64,000 nucleotides of DNA from Polyangiaceae bacterium (GCA_050287085.1 JBNKBE010000014.1:96001-160000); one strand, 5' to 3'. Counted from the stretch's first letter, positions 48,889 through 59,042 are shown. Translations and numbers: made by a program. Notes: a model not told the origin generated them from the sequence alone.

Positions 48889-49074
48889 ATGAAGAACCTG
48901 CTGACAGTAAAAGAAGTTGCCGCGCTATTGAGGGTCTCGGCGCAGACCCTCTACAAGATGCTCGAAGCCGGCGATATCCCAGCGGTTAAGGTGGGAAGCC
49001 AGTGGCGTTTTGACAGCGACAAGATCCAGGAATGGATCGAGGGAAGGGCCGCTGGCGCTAGCCCGAAAACATGA
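48889..49074 (+). CDS. Small HTH_17 (excisionase-like) DNA-binding protein
   Basis: LLTVKEVA.LLRVS..TLY.....G.IPA.KVG.QWRF....I..W. Confidence 0.88.
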   Translation: MKNLLTVKEVAALLRVSAQTLYKMLEAGDIPAVKVGSQWRFDSDKIQEWIEGRAAGASPKT

Positions 49075-49192
49075 CCAATAGCGCTTGACCCATTCCTCCG
49101 AAGTCTGCCTCAGGCGCGCGGACCACGCCAGTATGGGCACCCTGGAGCCGACTCATATACCGAGTCGACCCCCGGGCGCACGGGCCGTGCCT

Positions 49193-50395
49193 TCAGGTGG
49201 TGTAGTCCGCGTTTATGCGCACGTAGTCCTCCGTCAGATCACAACCCCAGGCCCGCGCTTCGGCGTCTCCAACCCCGAGATCCACGGATATCAGCACTTC
49301 CTCTCCGTCCATGGCGTGACTGATGGCGTCGTAGGAAACTGCGGTGGGCGCCCCCTTTTCGAAGGCCGCCACGCTCCCGATGGCAACGGAAAGACGCCCC
49401 TCATCAAGCTCCGCGCCGCTGCGACCCACCGCCATCAATACCCGTCCCAGATTCGGGTCCCGACCCGTAACCATGGTCTTGATGAGGGGTGAAGAGACAA
49501 CCGTCCGCGCCGCAAGTCGCGCGTCTCCCACGCTCTTCGCTCCCGTCACGTGCGCTTCGATCAGCGCGCGCGCCCCTTCCCCATCACGGGCAAGGTCCTT
49601 CGCCAATTCCAGCGCGACGGCACGCATGGCGCTCTCGAGTTGTTCGAGCCCGGTGGCGCTCAACTGAGGCCCCCCCGCCGCCCCGTTCGCCAGAGCGATC
49701 ATCATGTCGGACGTCGAGGTATCCATGTCGACGTCAACCATGTTGATGGTCTCGTCCCCCACGCGCTTGACCGCGCCCTGGAGCCAATCCGGTGCTACCG
49801 CAGCATCCGTCGTCAGAAAGCAGAAGACCGTCGCCATATTCGGGTGACTCATGCCGCTTCCCTTGGCCGAGCCGGCCACCACGTATCGCTTTCCGTCGAT
49901 GACCAGACTCACGCCACGGGACTTTGGCACGGTGTCTGTTGTCATCATCGCGCGGGCAAAACGTGCGCCCCCCTCCGCACTGGGACGCAGCAGAGCGAGC
50001 CCCGCCCGGAGCTTCTCCATGGGCAGCGGCCGTCCAATCACGCCGGTAGAACCCACGAGCACGGCCGCCTCTGGCACGCCAACGTGCTCCCCCGCCCAGC
50101 GCGCCATGGTCTTTGCATCTTCCAGGCCGCGGGCCCCCATGGCCACGTTGGAGCACCCTGAATTGATGACCAGGACGCGCGTCTCAGCGCTCGGAATCCG
50201 CGTTCGATTGACCGTCACCGGTGCGCCGCAGATGCGATTGGTCGTGAAGATTCCTGCGGCGGACGCGGGCCGCTCCGACACCAGCAGACCGAGATCATAG
50301 CGGGGCTCGTCGCCGTAGGTCTTTATCCCACACACCGCAGCATCAGCAGCGTAACCTTGCGGCGACGTGAGCGAAGCGTCTTGAATCCAGTCCAT
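49193..50395 (-). CDS. argJ: Glutamate N-acetyltransferase / ornithine acetyltransferase ArgJ
   Basis: STGVIG, MTTDT, KGSGM.HPNMAT, D.DTSTSD, RDGEGA, WGCDLT..YV.INADY.T. Confidence 0.96.
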   Translation of the reverse strand: MDWIQDASLTSPQGYAADAAVCGIKTYGDEPRYDLGLLVSERPASAAGIFTTNRICGAPVTVNRTRIPSAETRVLVINSGCSNVAMGARGLEDAKTMARWAGEHVGVPEAAVLVGSTGVIGRPLPMEKLRAGLALLRPSAEGGARFARAMMTTDTVPKSRGVSLVIDGKRYVVAGSAKGSGMSHPNMATVFCFLTTDAAVAPDWLQGAVKRVGDETINMVDVDMDTSTSDMMIALANGAAGGPQLSATGLEQLESAMRAVALELAKDLARDGEGARALIEAHVTGAKSVGDARLAARTVVSSPLIKTMVTGRDPNLGRVLMAVGRSGAELDEGRLSVAIGSVAAFEKGAPTAVSYDAISHAMDGEEVLISVDLGVGDAEARAWGCDLTEDYVRINADYTT

Positions 50396-50573
50396 ATGCA
50401 ACAGCCTCCTCGGCCCGATGTTCAAAAACCTAGCCACAAACCCACTACGCTGGGTCAAGCGGTACCAAGCCTGGCCGTTTCAAATGAGTGGGCCCGACTC
50501 GGGTCGTAACTAGCCCCAAGCGCCAGCCGTGACAAGTGGCTGAAACGCTGGACACAGAGAACCCAAGACCGCC

Positions 50574-50942
50574 ATGGACACATCGGCTCCCATCTACGAC
50601 GCGGAAACGCTAGATCAACTGCGCGAGCTCATCGACGAAGGGGACACCTCGTTCCTGGACGACCTATTTCAGAGCTACTTTGAAACCGCTCTCGAAAATC
50701 TCCAGACCCTCCGTACCGATAGCGACCAAGAAACCCTGCGCCGCGCGGCCCACACCTTGAAGGGCAGTAGCCTCAACGTGGGCGCAACCGGAGTGGCTGG
50801 AGTTTGCAAAAGCCTGGAGGCTGAGCTGAAGGTCAGCGTGGTCGAAGACATGCCGGCTCGCATCGCGCTGATCGAGGCGCAGATAGAACGCGTGCGCAAC
50901 TCCTACGAGTCGAAGATCCGAGAACTCGCAGGGTCGTCGTAG
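50574..50942 (+). CDS. Stand-alone Hpt phosphotransfer protein
   Basis: AAHTLKGSSLNVGA motif. Confidence 0.92.
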   Translation: MDTSAPIYDAETLDQLRELIDEGDTSFLDDLFQSYFETALENLQTLRTDSDQETLRRAAHTLKGSSLNVGATGVAGVCKSLEAELKVSVVEDMPARIALIEAQIERVRNSYESKIRELAGSS

Positions 50943-50949
50943 GACTCGC

Positions 50950-51020
50950 CACGGCGACGAGCCCGCCCGTCGCTGGCGGAGGCTCGGCCGGCGCAGCACG
51001 ACTTTCCTGTTCGCGGCCCT
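50950..51020 (+). repeat. Truncated (3' part) copy of the 8221/9854 palindromic element
   Basis: CACGGCGACGAGCCCGCCC...GCCGGCGCAGCACGACTTTCCTGTTCGCGGCCCT aligns by eye to the 3' ends of copies 1 and 2. Confidence 0.6.
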
Positions 51021-51116
51021 TTGGAACACCCGCTCTACACGCCGTTCGGCCGAGGGGGGCCTAGCCGCCTGCCATTCAAACGGCAGCGCGCCGGCAGACT
51101 GCTAGAGTGTCGGCCG

Positions 51117-51824
51117 ATGGCTAGTCGCACGTGCCGGATACTGGCGTCTCAACTTGCCTTGTCCGCGCCCCTGCTACTGGTGGCAGGCGAGGTGCACGCG
51201 GAGATCGACGGCTTCGACGAACGCGCTGAGCACCAGTCCCACGAGACAGGTATCGAGTTCGCTCTAATGCTGGGCTACTCGACGTTTGCAGGCCGCACGG
51301 AGCAGGACCAGTTGCTACGGGAACGATTCGTCGCCGCCGTCCCCCTGCGATTGGACGGCGGCTACCGTTTTGGCCGTCTGTGGTGGGCGGGGCTCTACCT
51401 CGAGTACGCGCCGCTGCTAGCAACCGGCTGGATGGAAACGAGGTGCGCCGACTGCACGCACAACTGGTGGCACTTTGGCGTCGGCGTTGAACACGACGTG
51501 CCTGTGGACGCCCACCACCTGATCTGGTTTGGCGCTTATGCTGGCGAGTCCTTGCTCTCGAATGAGCTGCGACGAGAGGAGCGCAGCACCCGCGAACGTC
51601 GATTCACCGGTCTCGAGGGTAGCCTCAGAAGCGGCTTGCGGATCCGCCTGCTCGACGGCCTCGCCGTGGGTCCCACCTTCAGTATCACGGGCGGCACATT
51701 CGCGACTGTAAGCGAACAATGCGGCTCAGGGGAGATTTGCCCGGCTCGTACGCAACGCTCAACCGAGGGGTCAAGCCTCTACTTCTCGGCCACGACGGGG
51801 CTCAGTGTTGTCTTTCTCCCCTGA
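51117..51824 (+). CDS. Outer-membrane beta-barrel protein with Cys pairs
   Basis: Signal peptide ending VHA; amphipathic strands; similar to 59043..59744. Confidence 0.7.
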   Translation: MASRTCRILASQLALSAPLLLVAGEVHAEIDGFDERAEHQSHETGIEFALMLGYSTFAGRTEQDQLLRERFVAAVPLRLDGGYRFGRLWWAGLYLEYAPLLATGWMETRCADCTHNWWHFGVGVEHDVPVDAHHLIWFGAYAGESLLSNELRREERSTRERRFTGLEGSLRSGLRIRLLDGLAVGPTFSITGGTFATVSEQCGSGEICPARTQRSTEGSSLYFSATTGLSVVFLP

Positions 51825-51898
51825 GCGCGTGGTCGCAGGCAGAACTCTACTAATACAACAAACTTGCTAATTAATGAGCTAGTGCTCAAACTGCCGGC

Positions 51899-52453
51899 GT
51901 GGGTGAGACCCTGGCCAAGAACCTCGCGTTCAACATCCGAGCCCTGCGAGAAAAGCGCGGGCTCAGTCAACAACAGATAGCGCATCAGGCGGAGATCCCG
52001 CGCCCGACCTGGGCCAACTTGGAGTCCGGCGAAGCCAACCCAACCGTGTCCGTGCTCACTCGAGTGGCCAATGCCCTCGACGTAGGGGTCGAACAACTCT
52101 TGGCCCCAGTGCGGGACAGCGCGAGAGTGTTTCGCGCCTCAGAGCTACCGACCCATAAGAAGGGCAAAGTCACCATCCGCAGTCTTACACCCAACCGCCT
52201 GGCAGGACTCGCCCTCGAGCGAATGACCTTTGCCCCCGGAGGCCAATTGCGTACGCCCGAGCTTCCGCCAAACACACGGCACATGCTGACGTGTGAGCAA
52301 GGTGAACTGGAAGCGAACCTCGGCGGACATGTCCATTCGTTGCGCGCCGGGGACGTCTTGCAGTACGCCGCCACCGACCGCTGTTTGTTGCGCAACACAA
52401 GCGACGCCAGCGCCGTTGCCTTCAGCATCGTGGCCTTCCGCTACGCCGAGTAG
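51899..52453 (+). CDS. XRE family transcriptional regulator with cupin domain
   Basis: LA.NIR.LRE.RGLSQ..IA....I.R.T...LE.G..NPT...L..VA.AL; C-terminal cupin; AT-rich upstream region. Confidence 0.9.
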   Translation: MGETLAKNLAFNIRALREKRGLSQQQIAHQAEIPRPTWANLESGEANPTVSVLTRVANALDVGVEQLLAPVRDSARVFRASELPTHKKGKVTIRSLTPNRLAGLALERMTFAPGGQLRTPELPPNTRHMLTCEQGELEANLGGHVHSLRAGDVLQYAATDRCLLRNTSDASAVAFSIVAFRYAE

Positions 52454-52471
52454 CTATGAAGCGAACGGCTT

Positions 52472-53380
52472 TCAGTCAGACAGAGCGCGCCGCGTCGCGA
52501 GATATGAAGCTTCCAGCGACCCCCCGGCGCGCACCTCCACGATGCCCAGACCCTGCGCCAAGAGCAGAGGCAGTACGCGCGCGTTAACATCAGCTGGAGA
52601 GTGCCCCGCTGCGCCTTCCACCCGCAGCTCACCGGCGTTCCAGCTAAGCGCCCACGGCGCCAGTGCCTGGTGCAGCTCAGCGAGCTGCGGTTCCCGCTCC
52701 AGGCGATAGTGGACACCTGTCGTAGCCCGTTGCACCTCTGAAGCGACCCCCTCTCGCACGGCCCGCCCGTCGCTCATGAAGACGTAGTAGTCGCACACGG
52801 CTTCGAGCTCGCTCAGCACATGTGAGCTGACGACCAGCGTCGCGTCCCCTCGGCAGGTCCGGATCACTTCGCGGATCTGCACCACCTGCTCCGGGTCTAA
52901 GCCACTTGTGGGCTCGTCCAATAAGAGGAGGCGAGGTCGACCTATCAGGGCCTGCGCGACTCCAAAACGACGCCGCATCCCGTGTGAAAGTTCACCGAAG
53001 CGCGCATCAGCCTTACTTCTCAACCCGACAGCGTCCAGCACGCGCTCCGGCTCTGTCCGCGGATCGACATCTTGAAGCAAGGAGAAATGTCGAAGGATGG
53101 CTGCGATCGACTGCGACTGGCTCGGAAGAGAATCCTGCAACATGAGCCCCACCGAACCCAATGCTGCCGAGCCCCGACCCACTCGCTCGCCATGAACACG
53201 AATGCTACCGGAATCGGGCTGCAGAAGCCCGCCGACGAGTCCCATTGCCGTTGTTTTGCCGGAACCGTTGGGGCCGATCAGTCCACAGACGGCCCCGCGG
53301 GGTACGGCTAACGATAGCCCCCTGAGCGCTACAGTCGAACCGAATCGCTTGCTGACCGAGTGCAATTCCAGAGCGTTCAT
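52472..53380 (-). CDS. ABC-2 type transporter ATP-binding protein
   Basis: GPNGSGKTT, LSHGMRRR, LLLDEPTSGLDP, SSH.L.E. Confidence 0.93.
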   Translation of the reverse strand: MNALELHSVSKRFGSTVALRGLSLAVPRGAVCGLIGPNGSGKTTAMGLVGGLLQPDSGSIRVHGERVGRGSAALGSVGLMLQDSLPSQSQSIAAILRHFSLLQDVDPRTEPERVLDAVGLRSKADARFGELSHGMRRRFGVAQALIGRPRLLLLDEPTSGLDPEQVVQIREVIRTCRGDATLVVSSHVLSELEAVCDYYVFMSDGRAVREGVASEVQRATTGVHYRLEREPQLAELHQALAPWALSWNAGELRVEGAAGHSPADVNARVLPLLLAQGLGIVEVRAGGSLEASYLATRRALSD

Positions 53381-54267
53381 ACGTCCCTCCTTTCGAAGGC
53401 GAGCCAACCGAGTGCAGCCGCCCCACCCCCAATGGCAAAGAGGGCAAGCAGCATGACCCAGAACAGGCCCGTCCCCTCCCAAATGCCCGATGCATAGTGT
53501 GCTGGAAACAGCCAATCCAAGTAGCGGACAGCGGGCAGGGACGCTACCAGCGTGTCAGAAGTGATCACGGCACGGAGCAACCACAACGCTGTCAACACGA
53601 TCAGCGGATGACCTGCAGAAGCCAGGCGCCGGGGCAGCACCAAGACTACCGCCCCGAGCACTCCAACGTAGGCGGCACTCGAGGCCAGAGCAAACAGAGC
53701 GGCGCGCAGCAGCATTCCGAGTTGCAGGCCGCCATTGGCCCCGGTAAGCCACGAACCCACCATCAGCGTGGCGACAATCGACCCCGCGAGCCCCATTGCC
53801 ACAAGCATGAGCTGCGCTCCCAGCATGCCGCCGAGCCACTCCAGTCGACTGACGCGCAATAGCTCGAAGCGGGCCGCTCCGTGTTCAAAGGCGCGACGCA
53901 ATCCACCGCAGGCGAGCAGCACCAACGCCAGGACGCCACCGCTCGCGATCAAAGAGTAGAACAGGCTCAGGGGAGACATCGCCGAAAGCAGCTCACGCGT
54001 GGATGCTTCGTCCACGAGCTGCAGCAGCCAGGGTCGCACCCTCTCGTCAACGATATCGTCGGGCAGTTCTGACAGCGGAATCGAAAGCTCCCGCGAGAGC
54101 GCCTCCCGCGCCTCGTCAGCGATGGTCTTGTAGGTCGCGAGAAAAGCCGCCGTGGCGAGGGCGGTGCCCAGGACTCCAACGGCCAAGAGCGCCCACGACG
54201 CGCGCGAACGAAACGCTTCGGCCACCTCGAAGCGGAGAACAGCTAGCACCCTTCTGCCACGAACCAT
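53377..54267 (-). CDS. ABC-2 type transporter permease
   Basis: About 6 TM helices, C-terminal FERRDV; stop overlaps the ATPase start (ATGA). Confidence 0.8.
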   Translation of the reverse strand: MVRGRRVLAVLRFEVAEAFRSRASWALLAVGVLGTALATAAFLATYKTIADEAREALSRELSIPLSELPDDIVDERVRPWLLQLVDEASTRELLSAMSPLSLFYSLIASGGVLALVLLACGGLRRAFEHGAARFELLRVSRLEWLGGMLGAQLMLVAMGLAGSIVATLMVGSWLTGANGGLQLGMLLRAALFALASSAAYVGVLGAVVLVLPRRLASAGHPLIVLTALWLLRAVITSDTLVASLPAVRYLDWLFPAHYASGIWEGTGLFWVMLLALFAIGGGAAALGWLAFERRDV

Positions 54268-54785
54268 TGTCCCCTTGTGCCGCCTGGAGCCCTCGAACAC
54301 AAGGCGACGTGACGCGGCGAAGCTCCAGCGCGCTGCGCCACGGGCCGTGGCCCGGGTTGCCGCCGTGCAACGAGTCGCCCTGTCCAGGTTGCCTGAGGTC
54401 AAGCCCCGGGCCCAGCGCCCTCCGACCAACCCGAGCACAGAGAACGAAATTTCTGCATACCCTCGACATGCCCTGCACCGAGCCAACGATTCCTGCAATA
54501 CCTGAGAAACATTGCCCGAAATCCCCGGCCGCCGGACCATTCAGCGGGAGCGCCAGATCAACTCCTAGCACAAAGACGAGTGCCACGACCGGCGTCTTCG
54601 TGTCACTCTGGCGCTGGGGACATCCTGTGCTTGGGGGACGCTAATCATAGGCGGTTTGGGGGTCGTTGTGCAGCACACAAGCTCGCGGCGGTCGGCTTTC
54701 ACCCTGGTGAGTGCCCTGCCGCGTTTGCAAACCCCAATGTCGATTCCTCAGCCCCAACTCTCCCCTACGTTCCACTCCTCAATCC

Positions 54786-56936
54786 ATGGCTGGTAGCAGT
54801 TCCTCCGCACGCGTTCTGATCGTCGATGACGAACCGCAGGTCCGCAATGCGCTCGCCCGCCTGCTACGAACGAACGGCTTGGAGCCCGTCGTAGCAGCCA
54901 CGGGTGAAGAGGCTTTGGCCCTCGCGGAGGGAGCTGGGCTCCAAGCGGTGATCAGCGACTTGAATATGCCGGGAATGGGCGGCATCGTCATGCTGCAGCG
55001 CCTGAGCCCCTTGCAGCCACGATGCCGCTTCGTGGTGCTGACGGGGGAGGGTCCGGTGGATACCGATCTGCTTCCAGCTGGTCACAAGATTCGAGTGCTG
55101 CACAAGCCTTGGGTTCCATCCGAGCTACTGACTGCTGTTCGCGGCAAGCGCACGACAGGCCGCTCCACGATTCCCCCACCGAGGCGAATTTCCAAGACCC
55201 GCGTCCTATTGGTCGAGGGTGATCCAGGCGATGCCTTGCTCACCACAACAGCGCTGGGGCTGACATCCGACCATCAGTACCTGGTCAGTCACTGCACTAC
55301 GCTCGAAGCCGCCCTTGAGCGGCTGACCCGAGAAACCTTCGACGTGGCCTGCGTCGAGGTCGCCTTGCCCGATAGCAAAGGCCTCAACGCAGTGCTCAAG
55401 CTACAAGCAGCCGCTCCAGAGTTGGGCATCGTCGTACTCTCTCATCTGGACGACGAGGCGCTGGCGCTCCAGGCGGTTCAGGCCGGCGCCCAAGACTTTC
55501 TCGTCAAAGGACAGGTCGGAGGCGCCGCCGTCGCCAAGGCGATGCGCTATGCGCAGGAACGCAAGAGAGCCGAGCAACGGCTGAGCGAGATGGCGTTCCA
55601 TGACCAGCTGACCGGGCTCGCCAATCGCACCCTCTTCCGGCAGCGCATCGCTCAGGCACTGGTGCACTGCAGAGAATCACAACGCGGATTTGCGGTGCTC
55701 GTGCTCGATGTCGATCGCTTCAAGTCCATCAACGACGCCCTGGGTCACGACGCAGGCGACGCATTTCTGCAACAGGTTGCGGAACGGCTGCGGCACGTCA
55801 CTCGCGAGGGTGAAACCGTAGCTCGGCTCGGCGGAGACGAATTTGCCATCTTGGCTCGCAACGTGCGCGGAGAAGCAGACGTCAGGGGCTTGTGCAGTCG
55901 CGTGCTGCAGCAACTCCGGGCCCCGCTCGAAATCAACAACACCCGACTCAAACCCACCTCGAGCATCGGGGCGGCTCTCTTTCCTGACTCAGGACAAGAC
56001 AGCGATGCCTTGCTGTCGGCAGCGGACGCGGCCATGTACGTCGCCAAGAGCGAAGGGCGCAACAGGTTTCACCTGCACGGGGTGGAGCTATCGGAAAGCA
56101 GCGCACGACGCGTCGAGCTGGAACACCAACTACGCATCGCGGTGGAGCGCCGCGACTTTGAACTGTACTATCAGCCCCAGGTGGATCCGAGCGGCCGCTG
56201 GATACGCGCCGAAGCGTTGCTGCGCTGGAAACGAGCGGACCTGCCGCCGGTATCCGCCGATAAGTTCGTACCTCTGCTCGAAGAGACCGGTTTGATCTTG
56301 GAGCTAGGTCCGTGGTTGATTGCCAAGGCGTGTCGACAGCTTCGGCGGTGGCAAGACGCTGGCTGTCCGGTAGAACGGATTGGAATCAACATTTCAGCAA
56401 CCCAATTCGCCGCGGGGGATGTCGTAGGTGACGTGCGCCGCGCTGTTCAAGCGGCAAGGCTACACCCTAGCAGCGTGGAGTTGGAGCTTACGGAAACTGC
56501 TCTGCTAGCAAACAACGAGACCATCCGCGAGAAGCTGCTCACCCTCGCCGCAGACGGCTATCACCTTGCCCTCGATGACTTCGGAACCGGATACTGCTCG
56601 TTGGCCTACCTGCGTGAGTTTCCGATCAGCACAGTCAAGATCGACAAGAGCTTTGTGCGAGAGATCGCAACCGACGTTCGCTTGAGAGAACTGGTCGGTG
56701 CCATCGTACATCTCGCGCGAAGACTGGGTCTCGAGGTGATTGCTGAAGGCGTCGAAGACGAAGCGCAGGTCAACGTGCTCAATGCCCAACGCTGCCAGCT
56801 GATGCAGGGATATCTCTTTGGCAGGGCCCTGCCCGCGGACGAGTTTCGGGCGTATTTCGTCGGAAAGCTGCCGACTGCGCGAAGCACCACCCTGCGCAAG
56901 TGCAGCGACAGCAGGCGCAAAGGCATCGCGTCGTAG
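54786..56936 (+). CDS. REC-REC-GGDEF-EAL c-di-GMP signalling protein
   Basis: LIVDDE..SDLNMP..KP; second REC; HDQLTGLANR, RLGGDEF; EALLRW, ELTE, DDFGTGY, KID, AEGVE, QGY. Confidence 0.93.
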   Translation: MAGSSSSARVLIVDDEPQVRNALARLLRTNGLEPVVAATGEEALALAEGAGLQAVISDLNMPGMGGIVMLQRLSPLQPRCRFVVLTGEGPVDTDLLPAGHKIRVLHKPWVPSELLTAVRGKRTTGRSTIPPPRRISKTRVLLVEGDPGDALLTTTALGLTSDHQYLVSHCTTLEAALERLTRETFDVACVEVALPDSKGLNAVLKLQAAAPELGIVVLSHLDDEALALQAVQAGAQDFLVKGQVGGAAVAKAMRYAQERKRAEQRLSEMAFHDQLTGLANRTLFRQRIAQALVHCRESQRGFAVLVLDVDRFKSINDALGHDAGDAFLQQVAERLRHVTREGETVARLGGDEFAILARNVRGEADVRGLCSRVLQQLRAPLEINNTRLKPTSSIGAALFPDSGQDSDALLSAADAAMYVAKSEGRNRFHLHGVELSESSARRVELEHQLRIAVERRDFELYYQPQVDPSGRWIRAEALLRWKRADLPPVSADKFVPLLEETGLILELGPWLIAKACRQLRRWQDAGCPVERIGINISATQFAAGDVVGDVRRAVQAARLHPSSVELELTETALLANNETIREKLLTLAADGYHLALDDFGTGYCSLAYLREFPISTVKIDKSFVREIATDVRLRELVGAIVHLARRLGLEVIAEGVEDEAQVNVLNAQRCQLMQGYLFGRALPADEFRAYFVGKLPTARSTTLRKCSDSRRKGIAS

Positions 56937-56941
56937 GCAGC

Positions 56942-57907
56942 TCAAGTGTCGCGTTCGGATGGGCCAGGCGGCGCGACCGAATCTGATGGCGGCAAGCTCT
57001 GCTCCCGAAACGCCCGCATAGCATCGTACTCGTCGTAGTTGGGCTGAAAACCCGTCGCGGCCTGAAACGGGCGGGGGTCGGTTACAATTGGGTACTTCAG
57101 ATGGCTGATGGCCCCTGGTGGCAGTTTCGGGAAGCCCAATTTCCCGAATAGATGGACCAACATCGACTCTGGCACGGCAACACCCACTCTGCCCGTCTCC
57201 TCGATAATGGTCGACAACGGCAACGGCGCCGGCCCTGCTACATTGAAGACACCACGAATCCGCGACAACACCGCCGTGGCGATAGCTCGTGCAGCATCAG
57301 ACTCGTGCATGAATTGAAAGAGCGGATCATACCCCATCACCGTGGGAACCCGGGGGCCGCGCAAGTAGTCAGCAAGAGTGCCGCGCTGCGAAGGCCCAAG
57401 CGTGTAGCACAGTCGCAGCACGGCGGTATCAAACTGTGAGTGCCGCCACAACGCAGAGCCCGCGAACAAATCTGCCGCAATCAGGTCGGCGAGTTCCGGA
57501 AAGTTCTCCGCCGCCATGGGGGGTTCGTCTTCTGTGTGATAGAGCGGCGAATCGGCGGTGGCTCCGTAATAGGTATGACGCCCGACGAATATGGCACGAC
57601 GGACCCCATAGCGACTGCAATAGTCGATGATGGCCTTCGTTCCACCCAGGCTGAGCCGATGGCTCCCCGGTTCGCTTACATGTAGATGCGAAACCGTGGC
57701 CATATGCACCACGGCAGCAGGCTCGTACTGCCGGAAAACTTCCTCAGCCGCTCGCTTTCTCAGGTCCACGGTGAAGAGCTCTACGCCTGCTGGTGGATCC
57801 TTCCACGGCCTCAAGTCCAGCCCCAGAACACGATGGCCAGAGCTCACCAGCTGCTCGGCTACGGCCCGCCCCAAGCGACCAGAAACCGAAGTTATCAGAA
57901 CGTTCAT
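56942..57907 (-). CDS. NAD-dependent epimerase/dehydratase (atypical SDR)
   Basis: N-terminal Rossmann-like VLITSVSGRLG; GYDPLFQF.H..D.A.A; G.FNVAG. Confidence 0.85.
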   Translation of the reverse strand: MNVLITSVSGRLGRAVAEQLVSSGHRVLGLDLRPWKDPPAGVELFTVDLRKRAAEEVFRQYEPAAVVHMATVSHLHVSEPGSHRLSLGGTKAIIDYCSRYGVRRAIFVGRHTYYGATADSPLYHTEDEPPMAAENFPELADLIAADLFAGSALWRHSQFDTAVLRLCYTLGPSQRGTLADYLRGPRVPTVMGYDPLFQFMHESDAARAIATAVLSRIRGVFNVAGPAPLPLSTIIEETGRVGVAVPESMLVHLFGKLGFPKLPPGAISHLKYPIVTDPRPFQAATGFQPNYDEYDAMRAFREQSLPPSDSVAPPGPSERDT

Positions 57908-58725
57908 CGCGCCGGAGACTCCTCTTGCCCTTCGGCGATCAGCTGCGCAATGCGCCCCTTCACCTTCTGCACAAGCTCCGATATTGCCACATCGTCCTGA
58001 GCCGGATCGCCTTCTAGCAACATGGGCTCCCCGAATCGAATACCGATGTGAGCGGGCAATGGCAGCGCCAGGAGGTAGGGCGTTACGGGGATGTATGGGA
58101 GTCCAATCAGCTTGCCCAGCGCATAGAAATTCTTGATCGTGGGCACCGCTTCGCCCCCACCGAGCACCGCCACGGGGACGATCGGTGTCTTGGTTTCAAG
58201 CGCCAGTCGAACGAAGCCCGTGCCGAATCGCACCAGCTTGTGCCGATCTTTATACAACTTGGCAGTACCACGCGCGCCTTCAGGAAAGACCATCAATAGC
58301 CGCTCGTCGGAGAGCAAACGGCGGGCATGTTCTGGTAAGCCGACGAATTGCCCCACGCGATTGCTCCAAGTGGATACGAAAGGCAATCGGTTGATGAACT
58401 TGTCAACCATGCCATGCGCCAGACGCGGAGGCTCCAGCTCGAGAAAGCAGGCGGCGGCTAACATGCCAGCGTCAATCGCATAACCACCAGAGTGGTTGGA
58501 TACCAGCATCGCACGACCTCGCGGCGGAACATGCTCCGCTCCGACGGTGCGCACTCGGAAGTAGTGTCGATACGCAAACGTCAGCACCTGCCCCGCACGA
58601 AGCAGGTGGTCCTTTGAAACGCCGTATAGATCGATACCGCGGGAACCAAATGGCAGCTCCATGCGCTCCAGACGTCTTGCAACATCACTCCGCTCTGCTG
58701 CTGTCACGCCGCGCCACTCCATCAC
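57904..58725 (-). CDS. PlsC-like lysophospholipid acyltransferase family protein
   Basis: SNHSG...D, FPEG, GFVRLA....PIVPV. Confidence 0.9.
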   Translation of the reverse strand: MMEWRGVTAAERSDVARRLERMELPFGSRGIDLYGVSKDHLLRAGQVLTFAYRHYFRVRTVGAEHVPPRGRAMLVSNHSGGYAIDAGMLAAACFLELEPPRLAHGMVDKFINRLPFVSTWSNRVGQFVGLPEHARRLLSDERLLMVFPEGARGTAKLYKDRHKLVRFGTGFVRLALETKTPIVPVAVLGGGEAVPTIKNFYALGKLIGLPYIPVTPYLLALPLPAHIGIRFGEPMLLEGDPAQDDVAISELVQKVKGRIAQLIAEGQEESPAR

Positions 58726-59042
58726 CCGGCGTTATAGCGGACCCCTCCCTCGAGTGCTAAACTTGCCGTACCCCGCCATCGTCTGCACTGCCATCCCGCC
58801 CCCTGGCCGCGTCCCGGCCCAGCCCGATCGCCCTTGCAAAGGCCGCCCTCGAGGACACCTCGACCTCGTCACTTTGCAGCGCGGGCGGGCACAGGGCAGC
58901 GCCCTGGGCCGGCGAGCACGGTGAAACATTTCAGGGAATTCAGCCGGCCAACGCCCCCTCCTTCGCCGGGATGGCCCGCTCCGGTCATTCGCTGGGTTTG
59001 CACTGGTCATGCCAGGCGGCGGTCGGCTAGGGTCATGTCGCT

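Noticed and set aside
48889..49074. Prophage or ICE marked by an excisionase
   Set aside because: No integrase, tRNA target, att repeats or phage genes nearby
58734..58760. CIRCE element (GAGTGCTAA half-site)
   Set aside because: The left arm matches only 5 of 9 positions and the site is not upstream of a chaperone gene; no CIRCE is seen upstream of dnaK
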